Source of the DNA: Octopus sinensis
Lineage: Eukaryota
Reading direction: 5' to 3'
Assembly: GCF_006345805.1 (NCBI RefSeq)
Contig: NC_042997.1
Span: forward strand, 496,001 to 560,000
Length of the DNA: 64,000 nt
The notes beneath the pieces are model-generated. The model was not told where the DNA came from. It ran no database searches and worked only from the letters and a program-made list of their open reading frames with translations. The position numbers and the translations under genes were made by a program. Below, piece after piece: positions 1 to 14,170 of this stretch. Position 1 is the first letter of the stretch, and each line of letters begins with the position of its first letter.

Positions 1-2296
1 CAATATACCTTACTTTTTACCGTATCAAAATATTTGTTTCTACAACTCATTAACATATTTGGTTCAGGTATTCTAGCAAGATCGGATATTAGAATGATAT
101 TATGTTATCTTTGCAAATGACAGTATGACGATGCAAATTATAAGTTATCTTAAAATCTAATAATGCTCTTGAATGTATAATTAGATTAATTTGTTGTTTT
201 CACACATTCTAAGAATTCTTAAATCACATATTTGCTTCTGTTATTAAGAATGTTGGAAATGGTCTATACTCCTTTAATAATACTAACAAAGACGAATTTC
301 TTCCAAAAGCATAAAGCGACCTTTTGTATGAAAGGAGGTATAATCCAATAAAATGACCTCATTTCATCATTGGTATTATAGTTGATGAGTGACGGACTGA
401 AGTAATCTCGAACAACCTGGCTTATTGAATTAAATACTCCCGCAAACAGTTTGCTATCTAAAAATAATATTTTTATATTACTTTAACGTATTTTTGGTGA
501 ATCATCCTCGTGTTTTCTTGACTACTGTTCGTTTCTGGAATTCCATATTGCACTATCTTAAGTTTAATATCAAGACTGATAATGTTGTCGCAGTCAGTAT
601 AATTCTACCTTCAAATATATAAAAAGAATCTCTCATGCTGGTAGGAAAAATTGATTCAAATTTTATGACAACCGAATAGAGCTATGTATATAGAGCCATT
701 CAAACTGCGAGAAATACTCGTTAAAATATCTCACTTAAATACAACTCTACTGTATAAAACGAAAAGATTATTTTGAATAACGTGGTTCTGGATGCCACAC
801 TTAGTATAGAATATGGTATGGACACGTCTAGAACAACTTTGGTTGCAAGTCTGCTTATTCAGGAATTTGCTATTGGGATAGCAGAACCATTAAATTATCT
901 TTGAATTTAATATTTAATATAGCAAATTTTTTTATTACAAATTTTTCTAAAAATGCATGTGTAAAACGCCTTATCATTTAACCCGGAGTTAAATAGATAC
1001 AAACAATGAACTAATATTTTAGTATTTTCATATTTTACGTATTATCACAGATTCTCAAAGCTCATGTTGCTTTTTTAAGGCTCATGTGTTACCAAAACTG
1101 AACCTATTTAAAATTTGCGACTGATTATAAAGTTTCTTAAAATGTGCATCATTTATTGATATTAGAAGTCACTTGTATATAAAGTTAACTCTTTCGAATA
1201 TTTGACTGGTTGACATCCCTGCCTTTTTATGTAGTACATGTAACCATCAATAACGTATTTCTAAAATAATAAATGTAGTAATTTATTGTGAAAAAATAAT
1301 GCGAACATTTTCTGAATTTCTTGATTTAACAAGGCAGTAATATTTCTATATAATTAAAACCTAACATCACACTCCATTTTTTTTTCAGATGCAATTCTCA
1401 TTATTGGGATTTCCCACTTACATTTTAAGTTTCCCCATTATGTTTCTGTCATCGCAGTTATTATGATAATTTACTGGATAAGAAACTTAAATTTATTAGT
1501 CCTCAACAGATCGGGCTAATGTTTTCGGTCTGACCTATTACACTTCATTTCTACATCTTTACATTGTTGGTAGCTTAAATTTTATCGTCTAATAATTATT
1601 TATAAACTAACAAGTTTAGTACATTATTGTACTTAGAGTCGCACTGCAAGATACTTCATCAGATGTCACAGGAGATCACAAACGATTTAGGTAACAGCAG
1701 TTATTAGTATCCGTCATGATAGCAGAAATCATGACAGTACCAATACTAGTAGTATCTTTTATATGATAACACACTATCGATACCATTTAAACAAAATGTG
1801 TCAAGCCACTAATAAACGTCATTTTACATGAAATATATTTATAAACTTCCTTAAAAATATAAGCCGTCTAATCTTCATCCTTTAACTCAAATTTTGATAA
1901 GACGACAGATTATGAAAGTAACACTATAACTTTCGATATGCTCTATAATATCCCAAGATGCAAATCCTTAAAATACATTATCTGAAACAATCAAACCAGG
2001 CAGTTAGTTAATCAGAAGGGCATAATATTTCTCAAAATCAATTTGCGGACGATTTGAAACAGTAAACTCAATACAATATCACAAAATGAACCACACATCA
2101 ATTAAAAAAAGAAAACAAAAATGAGATATTTGCTGAATATGAAAACTGAAGAAAATTCCATTCAGGCAATATTCTGATTTTATCTTGCACAATGCAGAAA
2201 TCATTAAATTTCCACAATACTTGCTAAAGTATTGTAGGAATTCTAATGTATGTATATATGTATATATTCCTATATGTATATGTATGATATGTATGC

Positions 2297-2391
<95 letters not shown>
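2297..2391. repeat. (TA)n microsatellite; similar arrays at ~4128-4205, 7266-7345, 8020-8108, 13708-13751, 15499-15549, 42633-42760, 46480-46720, 50530-50585, 53487-53640 and others
   Basis: Direct dinucleotide run; source of the YIYI ORFs in the track. Confidence 0.98.
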
Positions 2392-2394
<3 letters not shown>

Positions 2395-2679
2395 TATGAG
2401 CAATAATGTTTAAGAGATGACGCATTACTCATTGAAATTCTGCAATTGTTAATTAAATGCAAAATAGTAATTAATGAGAAAAAATAAAAATAAAACGACT
2501 AAAGTAAAATAAACACAAAATAAATTGTAAAATAAACGAAACACACGGCAAATAATGCAAAGCATGACCAGAAATGCATAAAGGAATTAAAATCTCAAAG
2601 TGGAATAATGTGTGTATTTTATGAGATTTTACTAAGCTTCAGTTCACAGCCAGTCATACGTTCAGAGTAAAAAGGTGAG

Positions 2680-2860
2680 AATTCAACAGCCCGGCACGCC
2701 ATTAGTGTAAGAGCTCTGCTTATATGCAAATATGCAAATGGAAGTCAGTTAAAGCAGCGAGATATAGCAAAATGGATTGATTCTCCTTGGGGGCAGAATC
2801 AGCGTGACAATGAATGTAACGCTAAGGGAACAGCACCCTCCAAGGAGGCATTTTGGCTTT
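2680..2860. promoter_or_regulatory. Candidate cis-regulatory island with tandem octamer motifs
   Basis: Locally less AT-rich, non-repetitive-looking; ATGCAAATATGCAAAT at 2724-2739 and an ACAATG Sox-like site nearby. Function is inferred only. Confidence 0.25.
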
Positions 2861-4762
2861 TGTAGTAGAATAAAAAATATTGAAGTGTTAAGTCTGCAAG
2901 GAAAACCCATGATTTATAAATTCTAGCCTGCCTACGCATCGACAGAGTCAAGGCACCTGAGTAAATGTACACGATGTGGATAGTTCAGTGACATATTATA
3001 AATTCATGTGCGTGCTTACTTGCATATACGTTTCATATACATGTGTTTTGAACAATATCCATATTGAGATATTACTGCCATTTTAGACGCATATACATAA
3101 AGTAAAAAAAACTTATACACTGACACATGCGGAGGACACATACAAAAGGAAATACATTACGGTTAAAATTTAGACTAGGTGTATTTGTGTCTCATTAGGT
3201 TACTTGACTGCCATTTAGGAAATATTAGTAATTACAATATATAAAAAAAACGTAAATAAATGCTATCCCCCCACTTTTATTTTACTTTATCAGCTGTGCG
3301 ATATGGTATTTCTAAATTGGAGTTATTGAAATAAATTCTGATTACCTAAAATTAATTCAAAAGTGATTAAATTAAGGAAAATGTAATGTATAACAGATCC
3401 CGTTAGTTGAGGGCATATATTACTTTCAGTGTTAGGACAAAAAATAAATTCTTGGATATAAAATTTTAACACACTTTAAATAAATACTAAGAAATGCCTA
3501 TTTATTTATGTTCTGTTTTTGCTCTCTCTCTTGGAAAAGTTACACACACATGCATAGAAGCATATAGACATATGCACGCGAAGAAGCGCGTGCACCCCCA
3601 CCCTCACACACATACGTACACGTATACACATACACGTACACCCGTATATACGAATGTGTATAAAGACATTTGTGAGTAAGTCAACACTTCTTAGTGACAC
3701 AAACTTATTTTCAACAGTCACATGTTTTCGCATAGACCAGACAGCATCGCAGCTTTCTCAAAACAAGAGAAGACAAGTAACAACCCTTAGTACAACATTA
3801 ATTTTGTAAAGATGTATATCCATCCGTATTCTTGTTTAGATGAACCAGACATTCATACGTGATATATCGAGTATCTAAAATAAGTGTGAACATTATTAGA
3901 ATGAACTAATTTCGAACACTTTCGATATTACATAATCATATATAAAACATCCAAGAGTATATATTTTTCCATCTGAGGCTATCACGCTCAGGCCATATAA
4001 ATTTAATATTTACTTAATATTTATTGAGTATTAATCGAAATATGATGATTAATATGCTGTTAATAATAAACAATTATTAACTTCCCAATCGCCATTTTCT
4101 TATTTTTCTTCTAAATGAATATAAACTATATATATATATATATATATATAGATATATATATATATATAATATATATATATATATATTATATATATATATA
4201 TACATATACCTATCATTTTAAGGAAATTAATTCCTCCAAAATACTAGGTATTGAACCAGTATTTCTTTGGATGAAACTATCTCTTCCTGAGGTTAGCATA
4301 ATCTCTAATCGAAGTACATTTATATATTTGCAAATATATATGGATTTCTATTTATCTACCTATCTATTTATATATACATATATGCACGCACACATACACT
4401 GACGCTCACACATACAAACACAGATATACACAGGCACACACACTTATATACGCACACTCGATATGTATACACAGATGGGAGAAAATTCTTCAATACATGT
4501 AAAATTTATATTTCCATTCGACATATTTATTCACTTTGTCATATTTCTGCCTTCGTTCAGCTGAAGACTTAATTTTTACAACCTCAATAGGCCTGCAACC
4601 ACAGTCAACACGCATATTTAAAAGGAGAGTACCCTTACATCGTTGTAGAACTAACATAGAGCTGAACACCTCACAAATTATCTTATATATCTAATTTTAG
4701 ATAAGAAATCCCCAAACACAGTAATATAGTTTTCGAATTTTAGCTCAACAATTGGGTAACTT

Positions 4763-4901
4763 GACTACATCGATCCAAGTGCTTTGCCTCTCAACCTCAG
4801 AAGTCGACCTCAGTGTAGTTTAAACTCAGAATGTAAAGACGGACAAAATGCCGCTAAGCATTTTATCCGGCGTGCTATTGATTCTGCCCGCTAGCCACCT
4901 T
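4763..4901 (-). mobile_element. SINE family A, degenerate and internally deleted copy
   Basis: Reverse complement matches the 44796 copy (GGCAGAATC..TAGCACGCCGG, TTCTGAGTTTAAA, GAGGTCGAC). Confidence 0.8.
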
Positions 4902-6329
4902 CAACAACTCAGTAATATTAGAATTACGTCTTCTGGTGGATTACACGAACCATATCACAATTTCTTAGAATATCTTCGAATTGATTGATGTGTTAACGTA
5001 CAAACAAAATTAGTTTCAGAATGTATTCTATTTTAGTAACTAAAATCTGTTTTCCCAAGGATGTCACAACATGAGATCACAGAGACGGTGTCTTTATTTC
5101 TTTGTGTTTATTTTGGCCTAGTCAAACTAAGAATGTTAGTATTTATGACCCTTTTTTGTAGGCTTAGGTGACTGGTAAAGAAAATCAATTAAGAAAGAGA
5201 TCTGTAAGCTGAAATGGACCGCGAAATTCACGTGAATCGGAATTAATTCCTGTCAATATTGTAAGTTGTATGCATGATGTACGTCAGGAAAATGAAGACC
5301 AATATTCACAAAAATATCTTTCCTGTGGGTATAATAATTTTCACGAAAATAAGGAAGATCTTAAATAGATTACATAGACAAAATACTGGCTATGGAAAAC
5401 ACTTAAAATGTCACTCATATTAATTGAAAATATGGCAAAAAGTTCCCCTGAAAGTAGAAGAGAAGTAAATAATTGATATTTAAAACATAAAGCCCTAACG
5501 TATCGTATTTAATGCAGTACAAAATAAAGGTGTATGTTAAAGTAAATTTTCCCGTATAGTGCACTTTCGAATGTAAGTAAACTCCTCTATAAATGCATTG
5601 AGTACTAAATTAATACACATGTAAATAGTCGAAAACGATAACTCACTCATCATTATATTGCATGGGTAACTTCAGGTATAGAATAAATTTAATATTTGTT
5701 ATAATTAAAATGAACCTGAATTAAAGAAGAAGGCCATGAAAAATTCCCGAACAGTTTTCGTAAAACCTACTAAATAACGATAGTCAGGCCGCTTGAAGCA
5801 CTCTTACAATGCTTTACTGTAAATCGAATATTATAAAGAATGACAAATGTTTTATGAATAAGAGACAACGAAATGTAGACGATTAAATTTCCTGGCCTAC
5901 CATTCTAATTTCACATATCAGTAATTTCAGAAACACACTGATTATAGTGTTACAGGGAATATATTGTCAAGTGTCAGCAGTATTGTTTCTGTTCAAGTAC
6001 AAATTGCCTCACATAACTGCAGCGATATTACTAATGCATATTAAATAAGATCTATTTATCAAACAGTGATTAGTGTAACTGAACTTTGCCAACGATTTCA
6101 ACAGAATTGATTAAGGGTTAATATGCTTCAAGCTAAATGATCTCGGCATTGTTGAATTACTAGAAGAATGTCTGAATGAAGTGACAGAATACAAGTTGTC
6201 ACAACGAACTGTATCCTTTTAGAAAATGTCAACGTCTCTGAATAGAGCGCCTCATAAATCTAACTTTGAGCATTATTCATCTGTCAACAATTGTTATACG
6301 AGATCATTGTAAAATAACTGTTGAGTTGA

Positions 6330-6600
6330 ATTGTTAAGCATCGAACAGGATAATCCCTGTAGAAATCTACCAGCCTATCAATACCAGAGATACTGCTGCT
6401 AGAAACACAGAAAGCTTGTCGAAAACGAAACTGCAGTACAAAAGATCAACATCTTGCAGATAAAACAAGATGGGCTAAGTTACGTATGATCTGGATAGAT
6501 TGTATAAAGGCTTTCCATATAGTCTCATATTCCTAGAAGAGCAAATGCTAAGACATAGTGAATATAACTGATAAGATCAAATCTTTTCCCAGGAAAGGTA
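6330..6600 (+). mobile_element. Degenerate R4/Dong-like non-LTR RT fragment
   Basis: Frameshifted pieces DQHLADKT and WIDCIKAFHIVSYS resemble DQLLIDK / WIDYKKAFDSVPHSW; DQHLADKT parallels DHPLVDKT in the 25.6-28.2 kb element. Confidence 0.5.
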
Positions 6601-7264
6601 TTGACAAATTGGTGACAGAAATTTTGTCAGGCAGCAAATAATATGAAAAAATAAAAATGAAGAAAAAGATCTGTCAAGCACTTAGATATTATGGATGTCT
6701 TTGGCATAAAATAAAACAAAATGGGCATATTAAAAAATTAACTGTTTTGTAATGAGGTAATATGCATACCATTATCTTGTCGAATATTTCCAATGTCTTG
6801 AGACGTATTTTGATGCTTTTTCATTTTATTACATGTGAATTTATTGCATTTTATCCCTCGTTGAAATGTATGTTAGTGTAATGTAATGTTGTTGCAATGT
6901 AGTCTTAGTTCAAATATATTGAATATACAACTGTATCTACCCCATACTGTCTATTCAATACATGAAAGTTAATCATAATCAGCTTACCAGTCAGTGCGCC
7001 TTTTTTGGTAGTGGAATGCAGAGTCTGAACGTTCAAATTAAAAAAAAACATTTTCATGTATTTATTTTAAAACATTTTAGTGCTTCAATGTATTTTGCAT
7101 TGTATTTTGCTAGAAAATGTTATTGTAATAATTCATGGCAAATTATTACATATTCAGTAGGCACACATACATCAATGCATCGAAGCACTCATATACATAC
7201 ATGTTGTCCCTTCTTGTATCACCTAACTGCTGGGATGTTTTGCATTCTTGTCCCATTTTGTATT

Positions 7265-7332
<68 letters not shown>

Positions 7333-7344
7333 TATATATATATA

Positions 7345-7620
7345 TCACGTAACGTGACCGACCAGACCATCAGATGTTGCTACACATCGCTGGTCACAAT
7401 GCGTTCGCATTGTTTTAGCCTTCGAATGACGCTAACAGAAGAAAGAGTGGGAGAAAGAGTGGTGAAGAAGTACAGCAGGGATCACCACCCCCTACTGGGG
7501 CCTCGTGGACCTTTTAGGTGTTTTCGCTCAATAAACACACAACGCCCGGTCTCGGAATCGAAACCGCGATCCTACGACCGCGAGTCCGCTGCCCTAACCA
7601 CTGGGCCATTGCGCCGCCAC
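7345..7620 (-). mobile_element. tRNA-derived SINE family B, full length, (TA)n at 3' end
   Basis: Head GTGGCGGCGCAATGGCCCAGTGGTTAGGGCAGCGGACTCGCGG...GGTTTCGATTCC with Pol III A and B boxes; related pieces at 44713 and 59635. Confidence 0.88.
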
Positions 7621-7687
7621 AAGAATTAAATAAATATATACTTACATATAAGAAACCAAAGTGAACGTACGTCGATATATATATATA

Positions 7688-7781
<94 letters not shown>

Positions 7782-7833
7782 CGTACGTTCACTTTGGTTT
7801 CTTATATGTAAGTATATATTTATTTAATTCTTG
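7620..7833. repeat. Perfect 55-bp inverted repeat flanking a (TA)n spacer
   Basis: 7620-7674 is the exact reverse complement of 7779-7833. Confidence 0.95.
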
Positions 7834-8022
7834 CACGACTCTATTCTCTTATTCTTTTATTCTTTCCTTCTTCTATATATATATATACATTTATATACAC
7901 ATATACATATATATATATTCATGTATATATATACATATATAAATGGGTATATGTAATTTCTACACAAACACACACACAAGCATACACAATATCGTTCTCT
8001 CTCTGTCTATTTATATATATGT

Positions 8023-8105
<83 letters not shown>

Positions 8106-8224
8106 TATGTGTGTGTGAGTGCTAAGAGAGAGAGAGAAATTGATCCATTCGAGTAATAGATGTGTAGTTAAAAGTTAAAAGTGTAAGATTATTTGATGGA
8201 GCCCCTATACATTTCGTCGTTAAT

Positions 8225-8325
8225 AAGTACGAAATAGTTTGCGATATTTATTCCTGCTTCTTGCGTTCTGAATTCAAATACTGTTTTTGGTAAGTTTGCC
8301 TTTCATCATTCTGTAGGTAAAGAAA
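8225..8325 (+). mobile_element. SINE family A, highly degenerate fragment
   Basis: GCGTTCTGAATTCAAAT...TTTGCCTTTCATC matches the family core. Confidence 0.5.
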
Positions 8326-8499
8326 TCTCACCGACTTAGGACGTCGGTAAGGGAAGCCTTTCAGTTTTTGATTACTTTCTTTAATAGTGTTCACTCTATT
8401 GCTAGCATTTGGTCTAGGTATCCAACATACTTCCTAACAGCACCAAAATCGGAAAATATGCCATGCCACCGTCCTTCCCTCTTGACTAAGACACGATGA

Positions 8500-9650
8500 T
8501 TCAATGATACTAAAAAAAAACACACACAATCACATACTCACACAAATGATGATTTACATGTACACATTCTACTTTCTCAAAACACATTCATGCAAGATAT
8601 ACACACAAGACAAAACACACACATTCATACACTTAGAAACAAACACACCCACACGCACATACACATACTTACACACAGACTCACATGCACACAGGCGCGC
8701 GCACACACACACACTCGATGGGCTACTATACACATATATTGCATAAAACAATAAAGCACGCACAACACGCACAATCTAAATTGCACTCAGTCGCAATTCA
8801 CTTTCATACACAAACACAAACTGCAATCGCATATACACGCATTTTAAAAATACAGCTATACACAATAATTTCAATAAATAAAAGACAGACATATCATAAA
8901 AATGCTGCAAACGACAAAAAAGCGACCATACATACCCGTTCAATTTCACACACATGCATACTTTGTCACATGATCTCACATACGCATGACATACATCCAC
9001 GTAAACATGCATACACAACCAAAGTCACCAAGTACACGCACACAGAAAACCACAAAATATATACAAATACATGCAATTCTAAATCTAAAACAACATTATT
9101 CAGAACGAAACACTGCAGCAAACACGCAAACGGACGCATTCAACAATCGCACAAGTACATACATTACACATGCGCCGCAAAGAAACAGACACACTCATAC
9201 ACAATTATACACGCTTCAGCTCCAGAATATACGCTCGTGTACACACTCACACACACACACATTCGAATTTAACATCCAGATTCATTGGGAACACATACAC
9301 ACACTGAATGAACACCACTGTACATTCCTTCCAAAGAACAAAGCATACGAGCACATTTCATACCAAAGCCAAGCACAAGCAGCGATCTCATAGACAACCG
9401 GTGTTAACAACATACAACTTTGTACACATTTCAAATACCTGTGGCCGTCCACTTACACATCTATCACTATAAAATATTACCTTGACACATACACACAAAA
9501 CACGCATTCAAGCAAAGACGTACTACAAATTATATACAATCATTAACTCACGTATATACATACCTTTATAAGACAACATAACGCTACAAACACAGAGCTT
9601 ACACACGTTCAGATACATATAGTAACGATGACATTTATGTATTCACATTC
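8500..9650. repeat. Long degenerate (CA)-rich cryptic simple sequence
   Basis: A/C-skewed plus strand with decayed ACAC units; gives His/Thr-rich spurious ORFs. Confidence 0.8.
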
Positions 9651-10199
9651 AAATTTTTCTTTCATAGAGCTTCCACATGCACACATACGTACACATTTAC
9701 ACATATGTAACGCTTCTGTCTTTTCTCTTTATTCATTGTTCTGCGTATGAAAACTTTGTCTTTCTTTCTTGTCACTTCCGGGCTATCTAAATATGTCGCC
9801 TAAATGATGCTGCACGTGGTTTTGTCTCAACTCTGTTTTCTTTTTTCCTTCCCAATCTCCATGCTGTTCATTTTCTCTTTTTTCTCTTGTTCTTTCGTTT
9901 CCAAGAAGGATTTACGTCGAAAACATTATATCGCGTAGTTAGAACTGAATACTTTAACATTCTTATTGTCTTCCTTGATATTCTGTGCTTTTGATTTTTT
10001 CTTTCATACTTACACACAAACACAGACACACAAACATAGACATACACACACACACGCGCGCGCGCGCATGCACACAAACGCATATATTCACTCCTGAACA
10101 CATAAACACAAATGTATGGATGCGTAATGTATATGACAAAAACACCGACTATGCTCTCTCGTAAATTTTATTAACATTCCTGTCAAAGTTATCGCCACC

Positions 10200-11030
10200 A
10201 AATTGATACAACAAACAGAAATGATTAGGTAAGAATCCTAGAATCTATTTAAACATGAAAGACCATATAACTAACGCACTTCTCAATCCATTCACAAGAT
10301 TTATTAAAACCTTTAACGGAAACCGTGGGATTGTTTGTAAACATTGCATTTAACCTTCTCTATATTAAAGACTAAGTAAATACAATCATAAGCATACTAT
10401 AATATTTCCATTCGCGATTTTAAGTGACTTAATTCCCTCTGGGTTATAGATGAATGACTTGTTAATTTTGACATTAAAGTCTACTAAGTCCATCTTCACA
10501 ACAGCAATGAATTTTGCCAACAAAACCACATTTTTCAACACTACGAAACCGGAGATATTACTAACTAAAAAAATAGTACAAAGACAGTGTATATCGAAAA
10601 AGAGAACATCGAACCAGTATGTTAGTAGAATATTCTACTAAATTTAGACGCCTTAAAAAATCTCTAAAAGAAGAGCACTTCTTTGTTGATTGTATTTTAT
10701 ATGAAGACGATGGTCTGATATTACTAAGAAATTTAAATAACAAAATAGTAACAAATGGAAATATAGTTTGCTTAATATTTTAAACATTTAGCGTTTCATT
10801 CAGTGCCGAGGTCCCTTTAAAGGAAATTAATTTCTTAGATAGTTCCCTCAGCTGAAATAGCATTTTATTACACATAAAGAAATTGCCATCAAAAATACTT
10901 CGATTTAACCACAATTAATTGTTCTCTCCGGAATACATTTTACAATCTTGCAAGAATCATTTCATTAAAACAATATAAAATATCTTCACATGAAGAAGTA
11001 TCTACGAGAATTCTAAATATCATGACGCAG
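10200..11030 (+). mobile_element. Penelope-like element, degenerate RT fragment
   Basis: LVNFDIK, ILYEDDGLILLRNLNNK and EINFLD parallel LYRDDCLLYLQNISNQ / KAKFLD in the 20.2-22.5 kb element. Confidence 0.65.
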
Positions 11031-11040
11031 TTTAAGTTGG

Positions 11041-11240
11041 TGTGCAGGTAGAATCGTTAGCACACCGGATAAAATACGTGGTAGCTTTTCGTCCGTCCGT
11101 ATGTTCTGAGTTCAAATTCCGCCGAGGTTGACATTCCTTTTCATCCTCTCGGTATCGATAAAAATAAGGACCAGTTGAACACTGGAGTCGATGTTATCAA
11201 CTGAGCCATGTACCCAACATTTCTAGTCAAAGTTTGAAAT
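11041..11240 (+). mobile_element. SINE family A copy
   Basis: GAATCGTTAGCAC..., GTTCTGAGTTCAAATTCCGCCGAGG, ACCAGTTGAACACTGG. Confidence 0.85.
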
Positions 11241-11356
11241 CTATATTAATAATAAGAATAGTTTTTATAGAAAATAGAAATAGCTTTCGACGAGTGGAGG
11301 GCGATAGTATGGTTACATTTAACAAGTATAATCAGTATATTATTAGGGAAAGTACA

Positions 11357-11432
11357 CAATAATACTATATTTGTTCCACGTCCTCGCGTTGTTGTGTTTT
11401 CTCTTTGTGTTTTCATGCTTGGATTTAGCTTT
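11357..11432 (+). mobile_element. 3' fragment of HHR repeat family H1 (lacks the ribozyme)
   Basis: TTGTTCCACGTCCTCGCGTTGTTGTGTTTTCTCTTTGTGTTTTCATG is identical to the 3' part of 22924-23142; ends in (TA)n. Confidence 0.85.
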
Positions 11433-11898
11433 ATATATATATATATATATATATCTTACATCTTCCCGCTTAAGTATCTCACATATTGTTCCCTTCCTTC
11501 TACTGCTACATTATTCCCTCAGACTATTTTTTCTCTACTACTCGCTCCCGTTTTCTCTTACTTCTATTCTCGCATCCCCTTGTCAGTATCAAAGTGTTTC
11601 ACTTTCTCAATCACGAACGTTGCTCTGATCACACAACTCTCCTTGTCTTTCACTTTTTTATTCGGACAAAGCTCTTCTATTATTTTCTAATTGCATTAGC
11701 AACATCCTTTTTCTTGAAGGTTTACATTGTTTCCGTGTTTATGTTTTAGTCTATATCTTTTTTCATAGTGGATCTATGAAATACATTTGTCGAAATCATC
11801 TTAAAACTAGGTCCTAATCGCACCGAGAGATTTTTCGCTTTAACTTTGACCATTTTATTCAACTATTTGACTTGTCGCACTTTCCTTATAGACGCATA

Positions 11899-11901
<3 letters not shown>

Positions 11902-11975
<74 letters not shown>
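11902..11975. repeat. (CA)n microsatellite
   Basis: Pure dinucleotide run. Confidence 0.98.
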
Positions 11976-11980
<5 letters not shown>

Positions 11981-12115
11981 TATACATGTTGTGTAGACAA
12001 GTGTCTGAAATTTGATAAGTCTTGTACACGTATAACCTCTGAAGGTAGCAACTTTCTGTAATAATTTCTACCTCCGGCGTTTAGAAGCATGTATCATTTA
12101 TATTTGAGATTTAAA

Positions 12116-12163
<48 letters not shown>

Positions 12164-13214
12164 TGTATATACACATATATATTTCATATTTTAGCATAAC
12201 CATTATATTCAACAATTTTGTATTTTTCCCAATTTAAAAGGAATCTCCTAGAAGCAGATATTTAGAAACACATCATGGTGAATGGCGTTGTCAAGCGGTC
12301 AAAACCAAAACCGCACTGCATGACGACTGAAATCTCTCTAGTATTAGCATACTATTATAGGAAAATACTGAAATAATATCAACGAATTTAGTGTAGACAT
12401 CAATCAATAAATAAACAATGCCAATATAGAAAAGAAATAGTTCTTAAATTACTATAAGCCTTTGTGTCATAAGATCAAACAAGAATACAGGTCCAAAGAT
12501 CAACAAAAAAAATAGGAGGAACGAAAATGCCCGAGGAAAATATAAGAATCACCAGTCACTTATTTTTAACACATACAGTGTAATTCTGTAAGTAAACATG
12601 TGGCACAAGGGAAAGTGATATTTGATATAACAAGAAAGATTTGCAAAGTGAATATAATATATTTACGTGTTCTTACATGGCTAAAATTAGCGTTCCACAA
12701 TGTAATAGAATATGCATACATAATACAAGCATTCACACATACATACATACATATTTACACACACACACACAGACACACACACACACACACACACGCACAC
12801 ACACATAATGTACTGTTCCCTGATACTGAGATAAACAAAAAAGTAACCCATCTGGTGAGAGATAAATCTTATTTAATGGACACATATTTTTAGGTACTAT
12901 TAATAGTTTCTTGTGCTGAGAACATCCCAAATAGTGTATCAGATCACTTTTGACATCACGGCACACTCATCAGACACAGCCCACATGGCATAAAGACTAA
13001 AAATTGAATGAGAAAAGAAACAAGAAAAGACACGGGGGAAGTATAGAAAATAAGTGGAAGTTTAAAAAACCGGAAAATTAAAAATTAGAAATGTACAAAA
13101 GGGGGAAGGAGTTATCTCCCTTATACCATAAATTACTACTAGAAAAAGTAGTACCTTAGGAGTTTATGGTACAGTTATCGATGAGGCTTTGGTGGAACTT
13201 CCCAATTTTTAGGT

Positions 13215-13690
13215 ATATGTTTACAACCGCGAAAAGTTTCACACCTAGAGTTCAGCAGTGTGTTAGAGATATTAGATCTGAAAAGGATCTGCGCTCTTTC
13301 AGTTATGAATAGCTTGCATTTTTTCATCCATTAGCAGTGGATTTATCGATTATTTTCCACTTTATCGTATGTGTTTATAGTTGAAACTCCATATGTGACT
13401 AGCCAACTTAGAAGCTTTGCTCTTGCTCTTATGTTGAAAGGAAGGTATGTGATTAGCATAGAGATTTTTAAAGTTTTCTTCAAAAAATCCAGTATAGGTC
13501 TTCTAAATTGGTTGCGTCATCATTTAGCGTTGCAGTAACTTCTGCCTCATATATGACAGATTAAATCATACATCGCTGGTCAAGTGTATAGATACCTGGG
13601 TCTCGATAGTTACAACTGGATTTAGGCTCTTGGTATTGGATCCGTGTAACAATACTCTTCATATGGGGGCAGCAGCTATATGATAATTTC
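13215..13690 (-). mobile_element. Penelope-like element, GIY-YIG endonuclease C-terminal fragment
   Basis: Frameshifted translation VKLSYSCCPHMKSIV...SVIYEAEVT...YTGFFEENFKNLYANH..SF...SKLASHIW...KKCKLFITE..LLNSRCE. Confidence 0.75.
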
Positions 13691-13703
13691 ACAAAACGCC
13701 TGC

Positions 13704-13765
<62 letters not shown>

Positions 13766-14170
13766 GTGTGTGTGTGTGTATATATATATATGTATATGTA
13801 TTATGTATGTGTAATATATATATATATACATGCATATGTATATGCACACGAACACAAACACACACCTTCACAGGGGCGTACACACTCACATACATATATA
13901 TACATACACATACATATATATATAATTTATAGATTAGAAACAGGTAGTCTCTGTGTAGAATACACTTCGTAGTACTCACGTGATTTGAACTTGAGCAGGT
14001 AGAGGAGTAAATGTAAGGAATAACAAGATAGGCAAATCGATATACAAAAGATATTAAATATATTTAGCACAAAAATATACATAGGTGTATATATATAAAA
14101 AAAGTCCGACTTACACTATATATATATATACACACACACACACATTTATATATATATATATATATATATA

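Noticed and set aside
180-900. Possible very old Penelope relic (WIIPPFIQKV on the minus strand)
   Set aside because: One weak motif only; needs a profile search
7545-7620. tRNA gene calls for SINE heads (also 45342, 50354, 59380, 59635)
   Set aside because: A and B boxes are present, but there is no complete cloverleaf and the sequence continues into SINE bodies
12930-12980. CTGATGA on the minus strand downstream of the 13.2-13.7 kb Penelope fragment
   Set aside because: The position is suggestive, but GAAA reads AAAA and stems I and II do not pair
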